From Deinococcales bacterium (GTDB taxonomy: Bacteria > Deinococcota > Deinococci > Deinococcales > JAAFIG01), in the NCBI GenBank assembly GCA_043778225.1, contig JAYWGM010000099.1, forward strand, positions 1-62,271: DNA of 62,271 nucleotides, written 5' to 3'. The position numbers were made by a program, and so were the translations under genes. Shown in pieces: positions 1 through 9,627 of this stretch; positions within the stretch are counted from its first letter, which is position 1, and every line of letters starts with the position of its first letter. Under the pieces are notes generated by a model. It had not been told where the DNA came from. It was given only the letters and a program-made list of their open reading frames with translations, and did not search any database.

Positions 1-60
1 AAAGGTTAAAAGGTTAAAAGGTTAAAAGGTTAAAAGGTTAAAAGGTTAAAAGGTTAAAAG
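1..60. repeat. Tandem 8-mer repeat (AAAGGTTA)n, about 7.5 units, cut by the window start
   Basis: Perfect repetition read directly; degenerate inverted copies follow at about 71-94. Confidence 0.95.
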
Positions 61-99
61 GATGCGCTCGTTTAACCTTTTCTACTTTTTACCTCGCCC

Positions 100-723
100 C
101 TAGCCCAGTCCTTCGACATATTTCTTTAAGCCCTCGAGGGCTTCTCGAGTGCCTTTTTCTTGAGTTTGGATGGCTCGTTTTTGTAGCCACTTAAAACGTG
201 GTACATAGGTTCTGGTTAGGGTCACTTCTGTGCCGCCCTTGGTGGGGGCAAACGCCCAAGACTCAGCAATACCCGCCAGTAAAATTGAGCCGCCCTTGGT
301 GGCTTGCAGTACAAAACCGTTTGGCGCTCTTAAAAATTCGTAGCGAAACTGAAAGCCACCCAATAGAATACTGTTGTAGGTCAGTTCTAAATATACGCCT
401 TCGGCAGCCTTGCTGGGTACGGGTACTTTTTTCTTTGGGTCTGGCGATAAAAACTGCGAACGAGTCACGGTTTTATCCCATTTGGCACGTTCGTTTTGCG
501 GCAAAGCCGCATAGTACACTTTTTCGGGACGCGCCCGAATGACAATTTTTTCGGTCAGTGTCATCGGCTGATAACGCTCACGGGCTTTCTCGAGTTTGGC
601 TTTTTTCTTGGGGTCTTGCTCGAGAATGGCTTGCTGTTGTGCCACAGCCCCGGGGCGCATTTCCTTAGGAAGTTTGGCGCGGCGCTGCTGCATTTGTTGA
701 AAAGGAGGACGGTTACGTGACAT
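100..723 (-). CDS. SRPBCC/START-like family protein
   Basis: IVIRARPEKVY...WD and ESWAF...GTEVTL motifs; start moved to the ATG at 723, which follows a TAGACT -10 box. Confidence 0.7.
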   Translation of the reverse strand: MSRNRPPFQQMQQRRAKLPKEMRPGAVAQQQAILEQDPKKKAKLEKARERYQPMTLTEKIVIRARPEKVYYAALPQNERAKWDKTVTRSQFLSPDPKKKVPVPSKAAEGVYLELTYNSILLGGFQFRYEFLRAPNGFVLQATKGGSILLAGIAESWAFAPTKGGTEVTLTRTYVPRFKWLQKRAIQTQEKGTREALEGLKKYVEGLG

Positions 724-779
724 CTTAAACAGTCTAATACAAAAACCCGAAAGTATGTAAGCAAAGTGAGTAGGGGAAA

Positions 780-852
780 GTGCTGTTACGGAAGGCGTGG
801 AGCTTATTGGAGCGAAGCGGAAATAAGAGTAACGACTTACCGAGAACGGCAC
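780..852. repeat. Intergenic nested stem-loop (REP-like)
   Basis: GTGCTGTT...AACGGCAC outer stem, CTTATT/AATAAG inner stem, GAGCGAAGCG core. Confidence 0.5.
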
Positions 853-918
853 TAATATAAAAATTGATAACTTGTGCATCAGCCTTGTGTCTGCAAGAGC
901 CGATAAATTTGAATCCGC

Positions 919-1251
919 TTACGTCATGCGCTGAAATTGAAAACTCGAGACCGAAAATTCAAGCTCCAAATCTTGGTCGGAAACCTGATAGCCTGTCATA
1001 AATTCGATCGTCCGTCCGCTTGCCACACCCGAAGTCAGGGTCACTTCGAGTTGCCCTTGGTGCAAAGAAAAGTAACCGCGCAAACTCGGCTGCCCTTTGA
1101 CTTTGACACTGATTTTCCCCGAATGAAGTTCGATTTGTTGCCAAACTTGATGCGGCGAAACCGCCTCCCACTTTCCCTCGAGTTGACGAAGTGCGACTGG
1201 TTCGGGTTCGATTGGGATAATCGGTTTTTGAGAGCGAGCATAGGACATCAT
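919..1251 (-). CDS. Hypothetical protein (beta-rich)
   Basis: 110 aa ORF with GGAGG RBS. Confidence 0.6.
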   Translation of the reverse strand: MMSYARSQKPIIPIEPEPVALRQLEGKWEAVSPHQVWQQIELHSGKISVKVKGQPSLRGYFSLHQGQLEVTLTSGVASGRTIEFMTGYQVSDQDLELEFSVSSFQFQRMT

Positions 1252-1401
1252 TATTCAACCTCCGAAGTTCAGTATCGCATTCGAGCGTCACACGACCGTC
1301 ACATGACCGTCAAATCTAAGATGAGGACACTTTAAGCGACTTGCTGTCACAAAACCCTGACATCAGTCATACACTTTTTATACAAGAGGTAGACTATCAA
1401 A

Positions 1402-2067
1402 ATGCTCGAGAACAAAGTTTATTTAATTACTGGCGCAAGTGGAGCAGTGGCGGCAAGTATCATCAGCAAATATGGCAGCCTTGGGATAAACCTCGTGCTG
1501 CTCGACCGACATCAAGTCAGCCACAACACTGGCGAGGCAATCGTAGCTGACCTTGGCACGCTCGAGGGCGCACAAAAAGCCGTGCAGCAAATTATCAAAA
1601 CCCACGGACGTTTAGATGGGGTGATTCACACAATTGGCGGTTTTGTGATAGAGAGCATTCTCGAGTACAAACCCAGCACTTACGATCAAATGCTTGACAC
1701 CAACTTACGCACGACTGTCCATATGGCGGCGGCGGCTATGCTCGAACTCGAGAAAACCCAAGGATTTTTTGGGGCAATCGCGGCTGGGCAAGTGATACGC
1801 GGTGGCGCTGCAAATTTGGCGCTGTACACTGCCGCCAAAGGGGCAATGGCGCTCTTTATGAAAAGTTTGGCAGCCGAAATAAAAATGGTACGTTTTGGTC
1901 TGGTTTACCCGATGGGCACAATAGACACACCAAGCAATCGCAAAAATATGCCCGATAGCGATTTTGGCACATGGATAGACCCAAGCGAAATTGCCGAAGC
2001 CTTTGTCTACATGGCAACCCGCTCGAGCCGTGGGCGGGTGCAAGAGGTACAAGTACATCCAAATTAA
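1402..2067 (+). CDS. SDR family NAD(P)-dependent oxidoreductase
   Basis: ITGASG Rossmann motif and YTAAK (YxxxK) catalytic motif. Confidence 0.9.
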   Translation: MLENKVYLITGASGAVAASIISKYGSLGINLVLLDRHQVSHNTGEAIVADLGTLEGAQKAVQQIIKTHGRLDGVIHTIGGFVIESILEYKPSTYDQMLDTNLRTTVHMAAAAMLELEKTQGFFGAIAAGQVIRGGAANLALYTAAKGAMALFMKSLAAEIKMVRFGLVYPMGTIDTPSNRKNMPDSDFGTWIDPSEIAEAFVYMATRSSRGRVQEVQVHPN

Positions 2068-3614
2068 ATCTCGAGGTCTTGGGTTTGGCTTGGCTCGAGG
2101 CTAAAAACTTTATCCAAAGCCACAAAACCAAATTTTAAGAGGTACTCGAGAAAACTGTTGTGGCGCTCTTGGGGTATGCCATCTGGCAATAAGTGTTTCT
2201 CGAGCCGCAACAACTGACTTTGCAAATCGGTGTCGGCACGAAGCAACGCAGCCTGAAGCTTTTTGGGTAATTTATGCTCGAGTTGATATGCAATAGCGGC
2301 TTTTGAGCGTTCAACACTTTTGGCAAACCCAGACTCGAAATTGACCAAATCGGTGCTTAGCTCATTGATTTGCAAAGTCAGACTGAGCAAAGTATCCGAA
2401 ATTCGAGTTTTGGCAGCGTGGGTTTCAAATAATTGATTCCTGAGCTGCTCTCCCCTATCCTGCTGAAAAGCTCGAGCCGTCAAACCATATTTCTCGAGGA
2501 TGCGTTTAACGGGCGGTTCGATGATCGTCAGGCTCAAGCGCGGCGACATCAGGGGTTGCGGTACACCATGAAGCTGATAAACCTCGAGCAATTGCAAATG
2601 GTACGCCAATTCGCCCGGTCCAAGCACATTGACCACACTTGGAAAGACCGCATCTGCCAAAATTGACCGCAGTCCAGCCGCCGGAGTCAAACGCCTTGGG
2701 TCTGTCTCGAGGATGCTTAAAAGTTCAGATTTGGGGTAAGAACGGTCAGCCGTGAAGTGCTGCCCGTTAAATTTTAAGAGTCGGCGCTGACCATCTAAGC
2801 CCGTCAAAAAAAGGTTGGTCGCCTGTTCACCACGCCGCAATTGGGCGGTTAAACCAAGTGCCTCGAGTTGGGTAGCGGCTCGTTCAATCGCTGCACTCGA
2901 AAGAAGCGGCGACTCAAGTTCATGCCGAATGCCCTCTGCGAATAATGCCGCGATGCTTGGAAAAAGTGGATCAACAATGATTAAACCGTACTTACCAAGT
3001 AAGTGCATCAAGATTCTCGAGAACCATTCGGCATAATTGGTCGAGGCTGCAAAGGTTTTTTGCAACATCTCGAGGATTGGCGTTTTGAAAACCTCTGGGG
3101 CATCAAAAGCGCTTAAATGCTGCAAAATCGTCTCGAGGTACTGCGGCAAAAGTGGAATCGCACCAATTGAGCTATTTTTAGGTAAATCGAGGCTGATTTG
3201 ATGTTCGACCTCGGATAAATCCAAGAAAAACGCATGGCGCACTTCCTCAGAATCGTGGTCTTGGCTGGCTACCCAAAAAATCGGTAAGACTGGACGTTCT
3301 GGCGTGGAATAGCGCCGCGCCAACAAAACCGCATCCACTGCCTTAGAAATCGTATACGAAGCACCAAGCAATAAACCCGCTTGCTGACCGCTCATAACGG
3401 TTAAAGACTCTGGATGAGCCAGCAGTTTGGCATTCTCGAGAACCGCTTTGGGCGCACCAAGACTCTGGCTGTACTCGAGAACCGCTTTTGAAAGTGCCGA
3501 ATGGTCAACTTTGCGCGTGGTCTCGAGCGCCGCCGAAAAATCAGAATGTGGCAAACGGTGCAAAGAAAGAAGTTGGTTGGAACAATAAGCCTCGAGTGCA
3601 GTCACGTGGCGCAT
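2064..3614 (-). CDS. bshC: Bacillithiol biosynthesis cysteine-adding enzyme BshC
   Basis: SGQQAGL, FWVASQDHD, GPGELAY and PQER motifs; start is 3614 (ATG) or 3605 (GTG after TAGAAT). Confidence 0.9.
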   Translation of the reverse strand: MRHVTALEAYCSNQLLSLHRLPHSDFSAALETTRKVDHSALSKAVLEYSQSLGAPKAVLENAKLLAHPESLTVMSGQQAGLLLGASYTISKAVDAVLLARRYSTPERPVLPIFWVASQDHDSEEVRHAFFLDLSEVEHQISLDLPKNSSIGAIPLLPQYLETILQHLSAFDAPEVFKTPILEMLQKTFAASTNYAEWFSRILMHLLGKYGLIIVDPLFPSIAALFAEGIRHELESPLLSSAAIERAATQLEALGLTAQLRRGEQATNLFLTGLDGQRRLLKFNGQHFTADRSYPKSELLSILETDPRRLTPAAGLRSILADAVFPSVVNVLGPGELAYHLQLLEVYQLHGVPQPLMSPRLSLTIIEPPVKRILEKYGLTARAFQQDRGEQLRNQLFETHAAKTRISDTLLSLTLQINELSTDLVNFESGFAKSVERSKAAIAYQLEHKLPKKLQAALLRADTDLQSQLLRLEKHLLPDGIPQERHNSFLEYLLKFGFVALDKVFSLEPSQTQDLEI

Positions 3615-3711
3615 TCTAGGCTGCAAGGCGGGTTTGATGAAGTTGCCAAGGCTACTGAAAAAGCAAGGAGAAAAGAGAAATGGTTTGGTTGTTTTCCTCC
3701 TTCCTCTGCTT

Positions 3712-4923
3712 TTAATCCTCAAGCGGTAAAGTCAGGGTAAAGACTGCGCCACCCTCTGGACGATTGGCGGCTTGGACTTGACCACCGTGTAATTCGATAA
3801 TTGTTTTAACGATTGTTAAGCCTAGTCCACTGCCACCAGTCGAGCGGTTTCTCGAGGCATCGGCACGGTATAAACGCTCGAAGATACGTTCGAGGGCATC
3901 GGTCGGAATACCAGACCCGGTGTCGGAAATGGTCAGTTCGGCATGGTCTGAGTATTTTTTAACTTCAAGGCTGACCATACCGCCTTCTGGGGTATGGGAG
4001 AGTGCATTCTCGAGCAAGTTACCAATGGCTTGTTGCAAACGGTTCACATCCAAATGCAGTGAAATACTTTGCGCCACCCGCAATTCTAAGCGCACGTTCT
4101 TGGCTTTGGCGCGGGCGCGAAAATGTTCCAAGGCATCTCGAGCCACATTGGTCAAGTCACAAAGATGACGCTCTAAAGTCAGCACACCAGCGTCGGCTAA
4201 AGACAACAGCCTTAAATCTTCGACCAAACGCTCGAGCAACCGAGTCTGACCAGAGAGCCGCCCTACTGCCTCGAGATTAAGTGGCATCACCCCATCTTCA
4301 AGCGCCTCGAGTCGGGCTTTCATGGCAGTCAAAGGCGTGCGGAGTTCGTGAGCAATGTCGGCAAATAGACTGCGCCGTGCTAATTCTTGCTGTTCTAAGC
4401 CTTGTGCCATCTGATTAAAATTTTGTGCCAGTTTACCGAATTCGTCCTGTCCAGCAACGATGGCTCGAGCCGATAAATCGCCTTCAGCAACTTTAGCCGC
4501 CGCCGCCGAGACCAAGTGAATTGGCTGGCTGATGCGCCGCGCCAAAAGCAGCGCTAAACCAACTGCCAAAACCAAGGAAATACCGACTCCAGCCGTGACC
4601 GCTTGAATAACCCACGGACGTGGGTCAACAAATGGTAAAATGGTATTGCGTGGTGTGTCGTCGCGGCGACGATTGCCAGCGCCGCCATTACCAGCGCCAC
4701 CACCGTCTTTACTGCCCTCTTTTGGACAAACCAAACCGATTGGCGGCGTAGCTTGACAAAGGGTTTCAACACTGCGAATCACTTCCATAAACTCGCGTCC
4801 ACGGTCGTTAGGTTTACGATACTGTTGTTCGGCAAACAACAAAGTAACGACTGCCGGAATACCAATCGTTGCCAAAGCCACCAAAAGCATTGCCCCAATA
4901 ATCCGAGCCGCGATGCTGTTCAC
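3712..4923 (-). CDS. HAMP sensor histidine kinase (BaeS-like)
   Basis: Two TM helices, HAMP, AHELRTPL H-box, NLLENA, DTGSG and GSGLGL boxes; start uncertain. Confidence 0.9.
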   Translation of the reverse strand: MNSIAARIIGAMLLVALATIGIPAVVTLLFAEQQYRKPNDRGREFMEVIRSVETLCQATPPIGLVCPKEGSKDGGGAGNGGAGNRRRDDTPRNTILPFVDPRPWVIQAVTAGVGISLVLAVGLALLLARRISQPIHLVSAAAAKVAEGDLSARAIVAGQDEFGKLAQNFNQMAQGLEQQELARRSLFADIAHELRTPLTAMKARLEALEDGVMPLNLEAVGRLSGQTRLLERLVEDLRLLSLADAGVLTLERHLCDLTNVARDALEHFRARAKAKNVRLELRVAQSISLHLDVNRLQQAIGNLLENALSHTPEGGMVSLEVKKYSDHAELTISDTGSGIPTDALERIFERLYRADASRNRSTGGSGLGLTIVKTIIELHGGQVQAANRPEGGAVFTLTLPLED

Positions 4924-4972
4924 ACTGTCCACCGCAACAGGCATTTCATACTGTCCACCGCAACAAAGCATT

Positions 4973-5647
4973 TCATACTTCAAACCGCAAACGATAGCCA
5001 ATCCCACGCACTGTCTCGAGCATATCGCCAACCCCAGCATTGGCAAGTTTGTGGCGCAAATTCTTTAAGTGGGCATCCACGACGCGCTCCAAAGCATCGG
5101 ATTCTGGCAGCGCCACCTCGAGCAGTTCGGCTCGAGTAAAGGCTCGCCCAACCGCCCGCATTAACGCCTCGAGCAACCTAAATTCGGTCAAGGTCAAGTC
5201 AAGCCGTGCGCCACTGGCACGCACCGCGACACTTCGCACATCGAGTTCTAGATAGCCAACCCGCAGCACATCGAGTTTTTCTTCTGGACGCGCCCGACGC
5301 AGCACGGCTTTGACTCGAGCCACGACTTCACGCGGGCTAAAAGGCTTAACCACATAATCATCTGCACCCAATTCCAAGCCAATTAGTTTATCGATGTCTT
5401 CGGCTCGAGCGGTCAATAGAATCACGGGCGTATTGCCTTCAGCACGCACTTTTCGCAGCACCTCGAGACCATCTTTTTTGGGCAACATAATATCCAAAAG
5501 CATCAAATCTGGCTTTACGACACGGTGTAGCTCGAGCGCTCGTTCGCCATCGCTGGCACGTTCGGTGCGAAAGCCCTCTTTGCGAAGGTAAGCCTCGAGA
5601 ACATCGGCTATTTCGGTTTCGTCTTCGACCACTAAAACAATTGGCAT
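4973..5647 (-). CDS. OmpR/PhoB-family response regulator
   Basis: VVEDE, LLDIMLP, KPF and C-terminal winged helix ETVRGIGY. Confidence 0.95.
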   Translation of the reverse strand: MPIVLVVEDETEIADVLEAYLRKEGFRTERASDGERALELHRVVKPDLMLLDIMLPKKDGLEVLRKVRAEGNTPVILLTARAEDIDKLIGLELGADDYVVKPFSPREVVARVKAVLRRARPEEKLDVLRVGYLELDVRSVAVRASGARLDLTLTEFRLLEALMRAVGRAFTRAELLEVALPESDALERVVDAHLKNLRHKLANAGVGDMLETVRGIGYRLRFEV

Positions 5648-5710
5648 GGCGTGTAGTGTACTCATAGGACTAGATTTTGTAAGCAACTCATGAATACCAC
5701 TCGAGGAAAC

Positions 5711-5752
5711 TGTGAAGGTTTTGTGAAAGTATGAGTTCACATAACCTTCATG
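5711..5752. promoter_or_regulatory. Pair of oppositely oriented 11-bp-period direct repeats; candidate response regulator boxes
   Basis: TGTGAAGGTTTTGTGAA (5711-5727) and TTCACATAACCTTCATG (5736-5752) between the divergent genes. Confidence 0.55.
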
Positions 5753-5807
5753 CTGAGTTCTTAGAACCTTCGGCTCGAGTCAACAAACTAGGCTATCAGG
5801 AGAACCC

Positions 5808-7118
5808 ATGCGTAAAACCCCATTTATACTTCTATTCTTTTTTGGTCTGGCACTGGCTGCCAGCAGCCAAAGTTTGGAGCAAGTGCTGCTGCGCCTGCCG
5901 CAAAGCCTCGAGTGGCAAGCGCTTGACCTGAGTTTTTTGACCGCCAGTCGCAACTTTGAAAGTGTCCAGGCAGCAGCAGGTCTGCGGGTTAATGTTGGTG
6001 CAGACCTGAATAACACCACCCAGACCACTACCGGCGTAAACACGACTAGCTATAAAGTCAATGCCTCCGCCAGTCTGCCCGTTTTGCCGTGGGCAAGCCA
6101 ATTCGACGACCTTCGCAAAGCCGAACGCACTTTTGAACGCGCCAAGCTCGATTTGCGTGACTCGAGAAATACGCTGGTGGTCAATACCAGTACCCAGTAT
6201 TTCAATTTGCGTATAGCCCAACTCGATTTAGAACTGGCAAACAGCACTGTGGCTTTGCGCCAAAACCAACTTAAAACAGCACTGGTACAACGCAGCAATA
6301 ATCAAATTACGCCCGACCAACTTGCAACTAGCCAACAAAATCTCGAGACCGCCAAAATCAATGTCTTACAAGCCGAATCAAGCCTCGAGTTGGCGCAATT
6401 GACGCTTGCCAATACCCTTGGTCAAACAGAATTGACGATTGCCTCGAGTGCCGCCCCCGTACCCACACTCAGCACAACCTTAGAAGCCGTCCTAAAACTT
6501 GCTTTTGAGCAGCGCAGCGACATCCTCAAATCCTTCTATACCGTGCGAGATGCCGAAGATAATCTATTGATTGCCCAACGCGATAGATGGCTGCCGACCA
6601 CGACCCTCAGTCTTGGCGTTTCAGACAGCGGCGCAAGTCTAACGACTGGACTGAATTTACAGACTGGCAGCCTCAGTCTCGGCGGTGCGTACCAACCACC
6701 CGCCAGCACCACCCCAAGCGGCACAACCATCAGCCTCAGTGCCAGCATCAGTATTCCGGTGATTGCGCCAAGCAACGATGCCCGAATCTCGAGCAGCCAA
6801 ACCGCCCTGAATGTAGCCAAACAAAATCTTGAGCGCAGCAAAAAAAGCGCCGACTTGGATGTGCGGCAAAAATTCCTCGAGACCCAAACCGCCCTGCGCC
6901 GTATAGACCTAAGTAAAAAAGCCCTCGAAAATGCTAAAAATAGCCTTAGCACCACGCAAATACGTGTTAATGCTGGCAGTCTAACCAAAACCGACCTCGA
7001 GACCAGCCAATTGGCAGTGCAGCAAGCCGAGCGCGACCTCGAGAATACCGTGCTGAGTGCGTATTTGGCATGGCTTCGGCTCGAGAATGCACTGGGCAAG
7101 GGGCTGGTTAAAGTATGA
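5808..7118 (+). CDS. TolC family outer-membrane efflux protein
   Basis: Signal peptide, OEP coiled-coil repeats, AGGAG RBS, first gene of efflux operon. Confidence 0.8.
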   Translation: MRKTPFILLFFFGLALAASSQSLEQVLLRLPQSLEWQALDLSFLTASRNFESVQAAAGLRVNVGADLNNTTQTTTGVNTTSYKVNASASLPVLPWASQFDDLRKAERTFERAKLDLRDSRNTLVVNTSTQYFNLRIAQLDLELANSTVALRQNQLKTALVQRSNNQITPDQLATSQQNLETAKINVLQAESSLELAQLTLANTLGQTELTIASSAAPVPTLSTTLEAVLKLAFEQRSDILKSFYTVRDAEDNLLIAQRDRWLPTTTLSLGVSDSGASLTTGLNLQTGSLSLGGAYQPPASTTPSGTTISLSASISIPVIAPSNDARISSSQTALNVAKQNLERSKKSADLDVRQKFLETQTALRRIDLSKKALENAKNSLSTTQIRVNAGSLTKTDLETSQLAVQQAERDLENTVLSAYLAWLRLENALGKGLVKV

Positions 7119-7276
7119 AAAACGTCGGCTCTTACGCACTCCCCCGCCTTCTTGCCCGCAAAAGCAGCACCTTCGGGCTTGGGGCGCTGCGGCGACCCCC
7201 TCGTTGGAGTGAGTGCCTAACAAATTATATCTTTTAACCGTTTAACCCTTTTTCCCTTTCTCTCAAGGAGTCCACT

Positions 7277-8323
7277 ATGAAAAAATTATTTATTGCTGGT
7301 TTCGCCTTCGTTTCTGTCGCCCTCGCTGCCGCCACCGCCCTAAATCTCGAAGGTGCAACCAAACTGGCACTCGAGCGCAACCCCGACCTTGCCACCAGCC
7401 GCGCCACACTTGCCAATGCTCGAGCCGATTTGGTGGTCAAGGATGCTGACCCGACGACGCTGGTTGTGCCGTTGCTACAGGCTAAAAATACCGTGACCTT
7501 AAACACGGTGCAACTCGAGGCGCAAAAACTGACAGTTTTCTCGAGTGTTTTAACCGCCTATGTGAATTTGTTTGAGGCACAAGAAAATCTTGGGGTTCTC
7601 GAGGCGCAAGCTGCTCTTGATGTTCGTAATCTTGAAGTTGCCAAAGCCAAACTGGCGGCTCGTAACGGCACGGCTTTGGATGTTTCAAAAGCCGAATCCA
7701 CGCTCTCCTCGAGTCGCCAAAGTTTAGCCGATGCCAAAGCCCAAATTCCGGTACTGAGCAACCGCTTAGAACTGGTGACAGGTGCAAAAGGCGACTTAGA
7801 AGCCTCGGATGGCTTGGCAAGGATGGATGTCAAACTCGATTCGGTGGCACTAGAAGCTGGACTCGAGACGCGCATTAGTGGGGTGCTGCAAGCGGCGCAA
7901 AATGTAGCCGTGGCAGACTTAAATGTGAAATTATCAGACAACGATTTCACGCCCTTGAATACCTTGCGCGATAACCAAGCCCAACTCGAGAATGCCAAAC
8001 GCAGTTTAGAAACCACCAAAGCCAATGCGGTTACAACGCTGCGCGATGCGATTCGCAGTGCCAGCAACAGCAAAGAAAGAATTGCCATCAGCACTAAAGA
8101 CCTAGACAATGCCAAATCGAATCTCGAGCAAGACCAAGCCCGTTTTAAGGGCGGCAGCATCTCGAGGATTAGTTTGCAGCAAACCGAATTGGCATTTACC
8201 AAAGCCAAATACAGCCAAACCCAAGCCATCAATGCCTATTGGCGCAGCTTGGCAACCGTCTCGACCGCCAGTGGCGTGGATGTACTTGGGCTGGTCACAA
8301 AACTTGGAGGTGGCGATAAATGA
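7277..8323 (+). CDS. TolC family protein (second paralog)
   Basis: Signal peptide, LNLEGATKLALERNPDL OEP start, coiled-coil. Confidence 0.75.
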   Translation: MKKLFIAGFAFVSVALAAATALNLEGATKLALERNPDLATSRATLANARADLVVKDADPTTLVVPLLQAKNTVTLNTVQLEAQKLTVFSSVLTAYVNLFEAQENLGVLEAQAALDVRNLEVAKAKLAARNGTALDVSKAESTLSSSRQSLADAKAQIPVLSNRLELVTGAKGDLEASDGLARMDVKLDSVALEAGLETRISGVLQAAQNVAVADLNVKLSDNDFTPLNTLRDNQAQLENAKRSLETTKANAVTTLRDAIRSASNSKERIAISTKDLDNAKSNLEQDQARFKGGSISRISLQQTELAFTKAKYSQTQAINAYWRSLATVSTASGVDVLGLVTKLGGGDK

Positions 8324-9627
8324 ACAAAAAACGCAAAATTTCTAAAAGCTGGTGGGCGTTGCTGCTTGTGCCGATGATTGGCGGTGGCTTGTTGGCAAGC
8401 GGCATCGTCAAGCTACCCAGCGCAGCCAGCAGTGCCACTAAAATCGTCAAAGTCGAGACCGCCACCGCCGACCGCACGACTTTTCGGGTTTCGGTAACTG
8501 GACCCGGTTCGCTCGAAGCGGTCACCAGCATGGAGATGAAGCCCAGCGTTAGTGGCACACTCGAAAGTATTGTCAAAGAAGGCACTCGAGTCAATAAAGG
8601 GCAATTACTAGCCAAGCTCGACAGCACCACTTTTAACCGCAACCTCGAGAATGCGCGGCTACAACTCGAGAAAGCTAAAATTCAACTCGAGACGACCCGC
8701 ATTAACCAAGCCAACAACCGAGTCAGCCAAAACCAGAGTTTGCAAAATGCCCAAACCCAAGTCAGTAATGCCAAAATTGACCTCAGCAGCGCCCAAAGCA
8801 GCTATGCCAATATGCAGCGCCTGTTCCAAGCGGGCGGCGCAAGTCGCAATCAACTCGAGGAAACCCAGCGCAATCTCGAGAAAGCCCAAAGCAGCTTGGC
8901 TTCGGCACGGCTGAGCCTAGCCAGCGCTACCAGCACCCAAGGCTATAAAAACTCAGGCGATACCCAAGACCTCAAAAACCTTGAGTTGGCAATTCGTCAA
9001 GCTGAAATTAGCGTCCAGAGCAGCCAAACCGACCTCGCCAATAGTAAAATCTATGCTCCATTTGATGGCATTGTCTCGAGTGTGCTTGGGCAAGTTGGCG
9101 CAAGTGTCGGCAGTAGCAGTATTCTGACTTTAATCCGCGACTCGAGCGTTAAAATTCCGGTTCAAGTGGACGAGACCGAAATCGCCAAAGTCAAAGTTGG
9201 TCAAGCTGCCGAAGTAACCTTGGATGCGCTGCCCGACGAAACGTTTATCGGTAAAGTGACTGCCGTTAGCCCCAAAGCCACAGTCCAGCAAAACATTGCG
9301 GTTTTTTATGCGACTGTCACCGTAGAAAACCCTGAATTAAACTTGCGCCCAGGCATGACTTCGGAGGTCGAGATTATCGCTCAAGAATTCCAAAACGCCA
9401 TTGTGATTCCAAAACGCGCCATTCAAACCGTGCGAAACCGCACTTATGTGAATGTCCAGAAAGCCGACGGCACAGAAGAACTAACTCGAGTCGTGGTGGC
9501 AGCCGACGACGGTACAAACGCGGTGATTGAATCTGGACTTGAGCCTCGACAAAAAGTGGTGCTGACCACCAAAGAGCGCACCAGCAGCACCACAACCCAA
9601 GGTGGCGGTTTTGGAGGAGGACCCTGA
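8320..9627 (+). CDS. MacA-like periplasmic adaptor (membrane fusion protein)
   Basis: VKEGTRVNKGQLLA lipoyl half, IYAPFDGIV, LRPGMT. Confidence 0.9.
   Translation: MNKKRKISKSWWALLLVPMIGGGLLASGIVKLPSAASSATKIVKVETATADRTTFRVSVTGPGSLEAVTSMEMKPSVSGTLESIVKEGTRVNKGQLLAKLDSTTFNRNLENARLQLEKAKIQLETTRINQANNRVSQNQSLQNAQTQVSNAKIDLSSAQSSYANMQRLFQAGGASRNQLEETQRNLEKAQSSLASARLSLASATSTQGYKNSGDTQDLKNLELAIRQAEISVQSSQTDLANSKIYAPFDGIVSSVLGQVGASVGSSSILTLIRDSSVKIPVQVDETEIAKVKVGQAAEVTLDALPDETFIGKVTAVSPKATVQQNIAVFYATVTVENPELNLRPGMTSEVEIIAQEFQNAIVIPKRAIQTVRNRTYVNVQKADGTEELTRVVVAADDGTNAVIESGLEPRQKVVLTTKERTSSTTTQGGGFGGGP

Noticed and set aside
1..60. Telomere-like repeat
   Set aside because: Gene content is bacterial and related 8-mers occur internally; a simple repeat at a contig edge is more likely
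6536..8232. Long antisense ORFs (187 and 224 aa)
   Set aside because: Shadows of the tolC genes with no RBS or recognisable motifs; the same applies to most overlapping ORFs in the track
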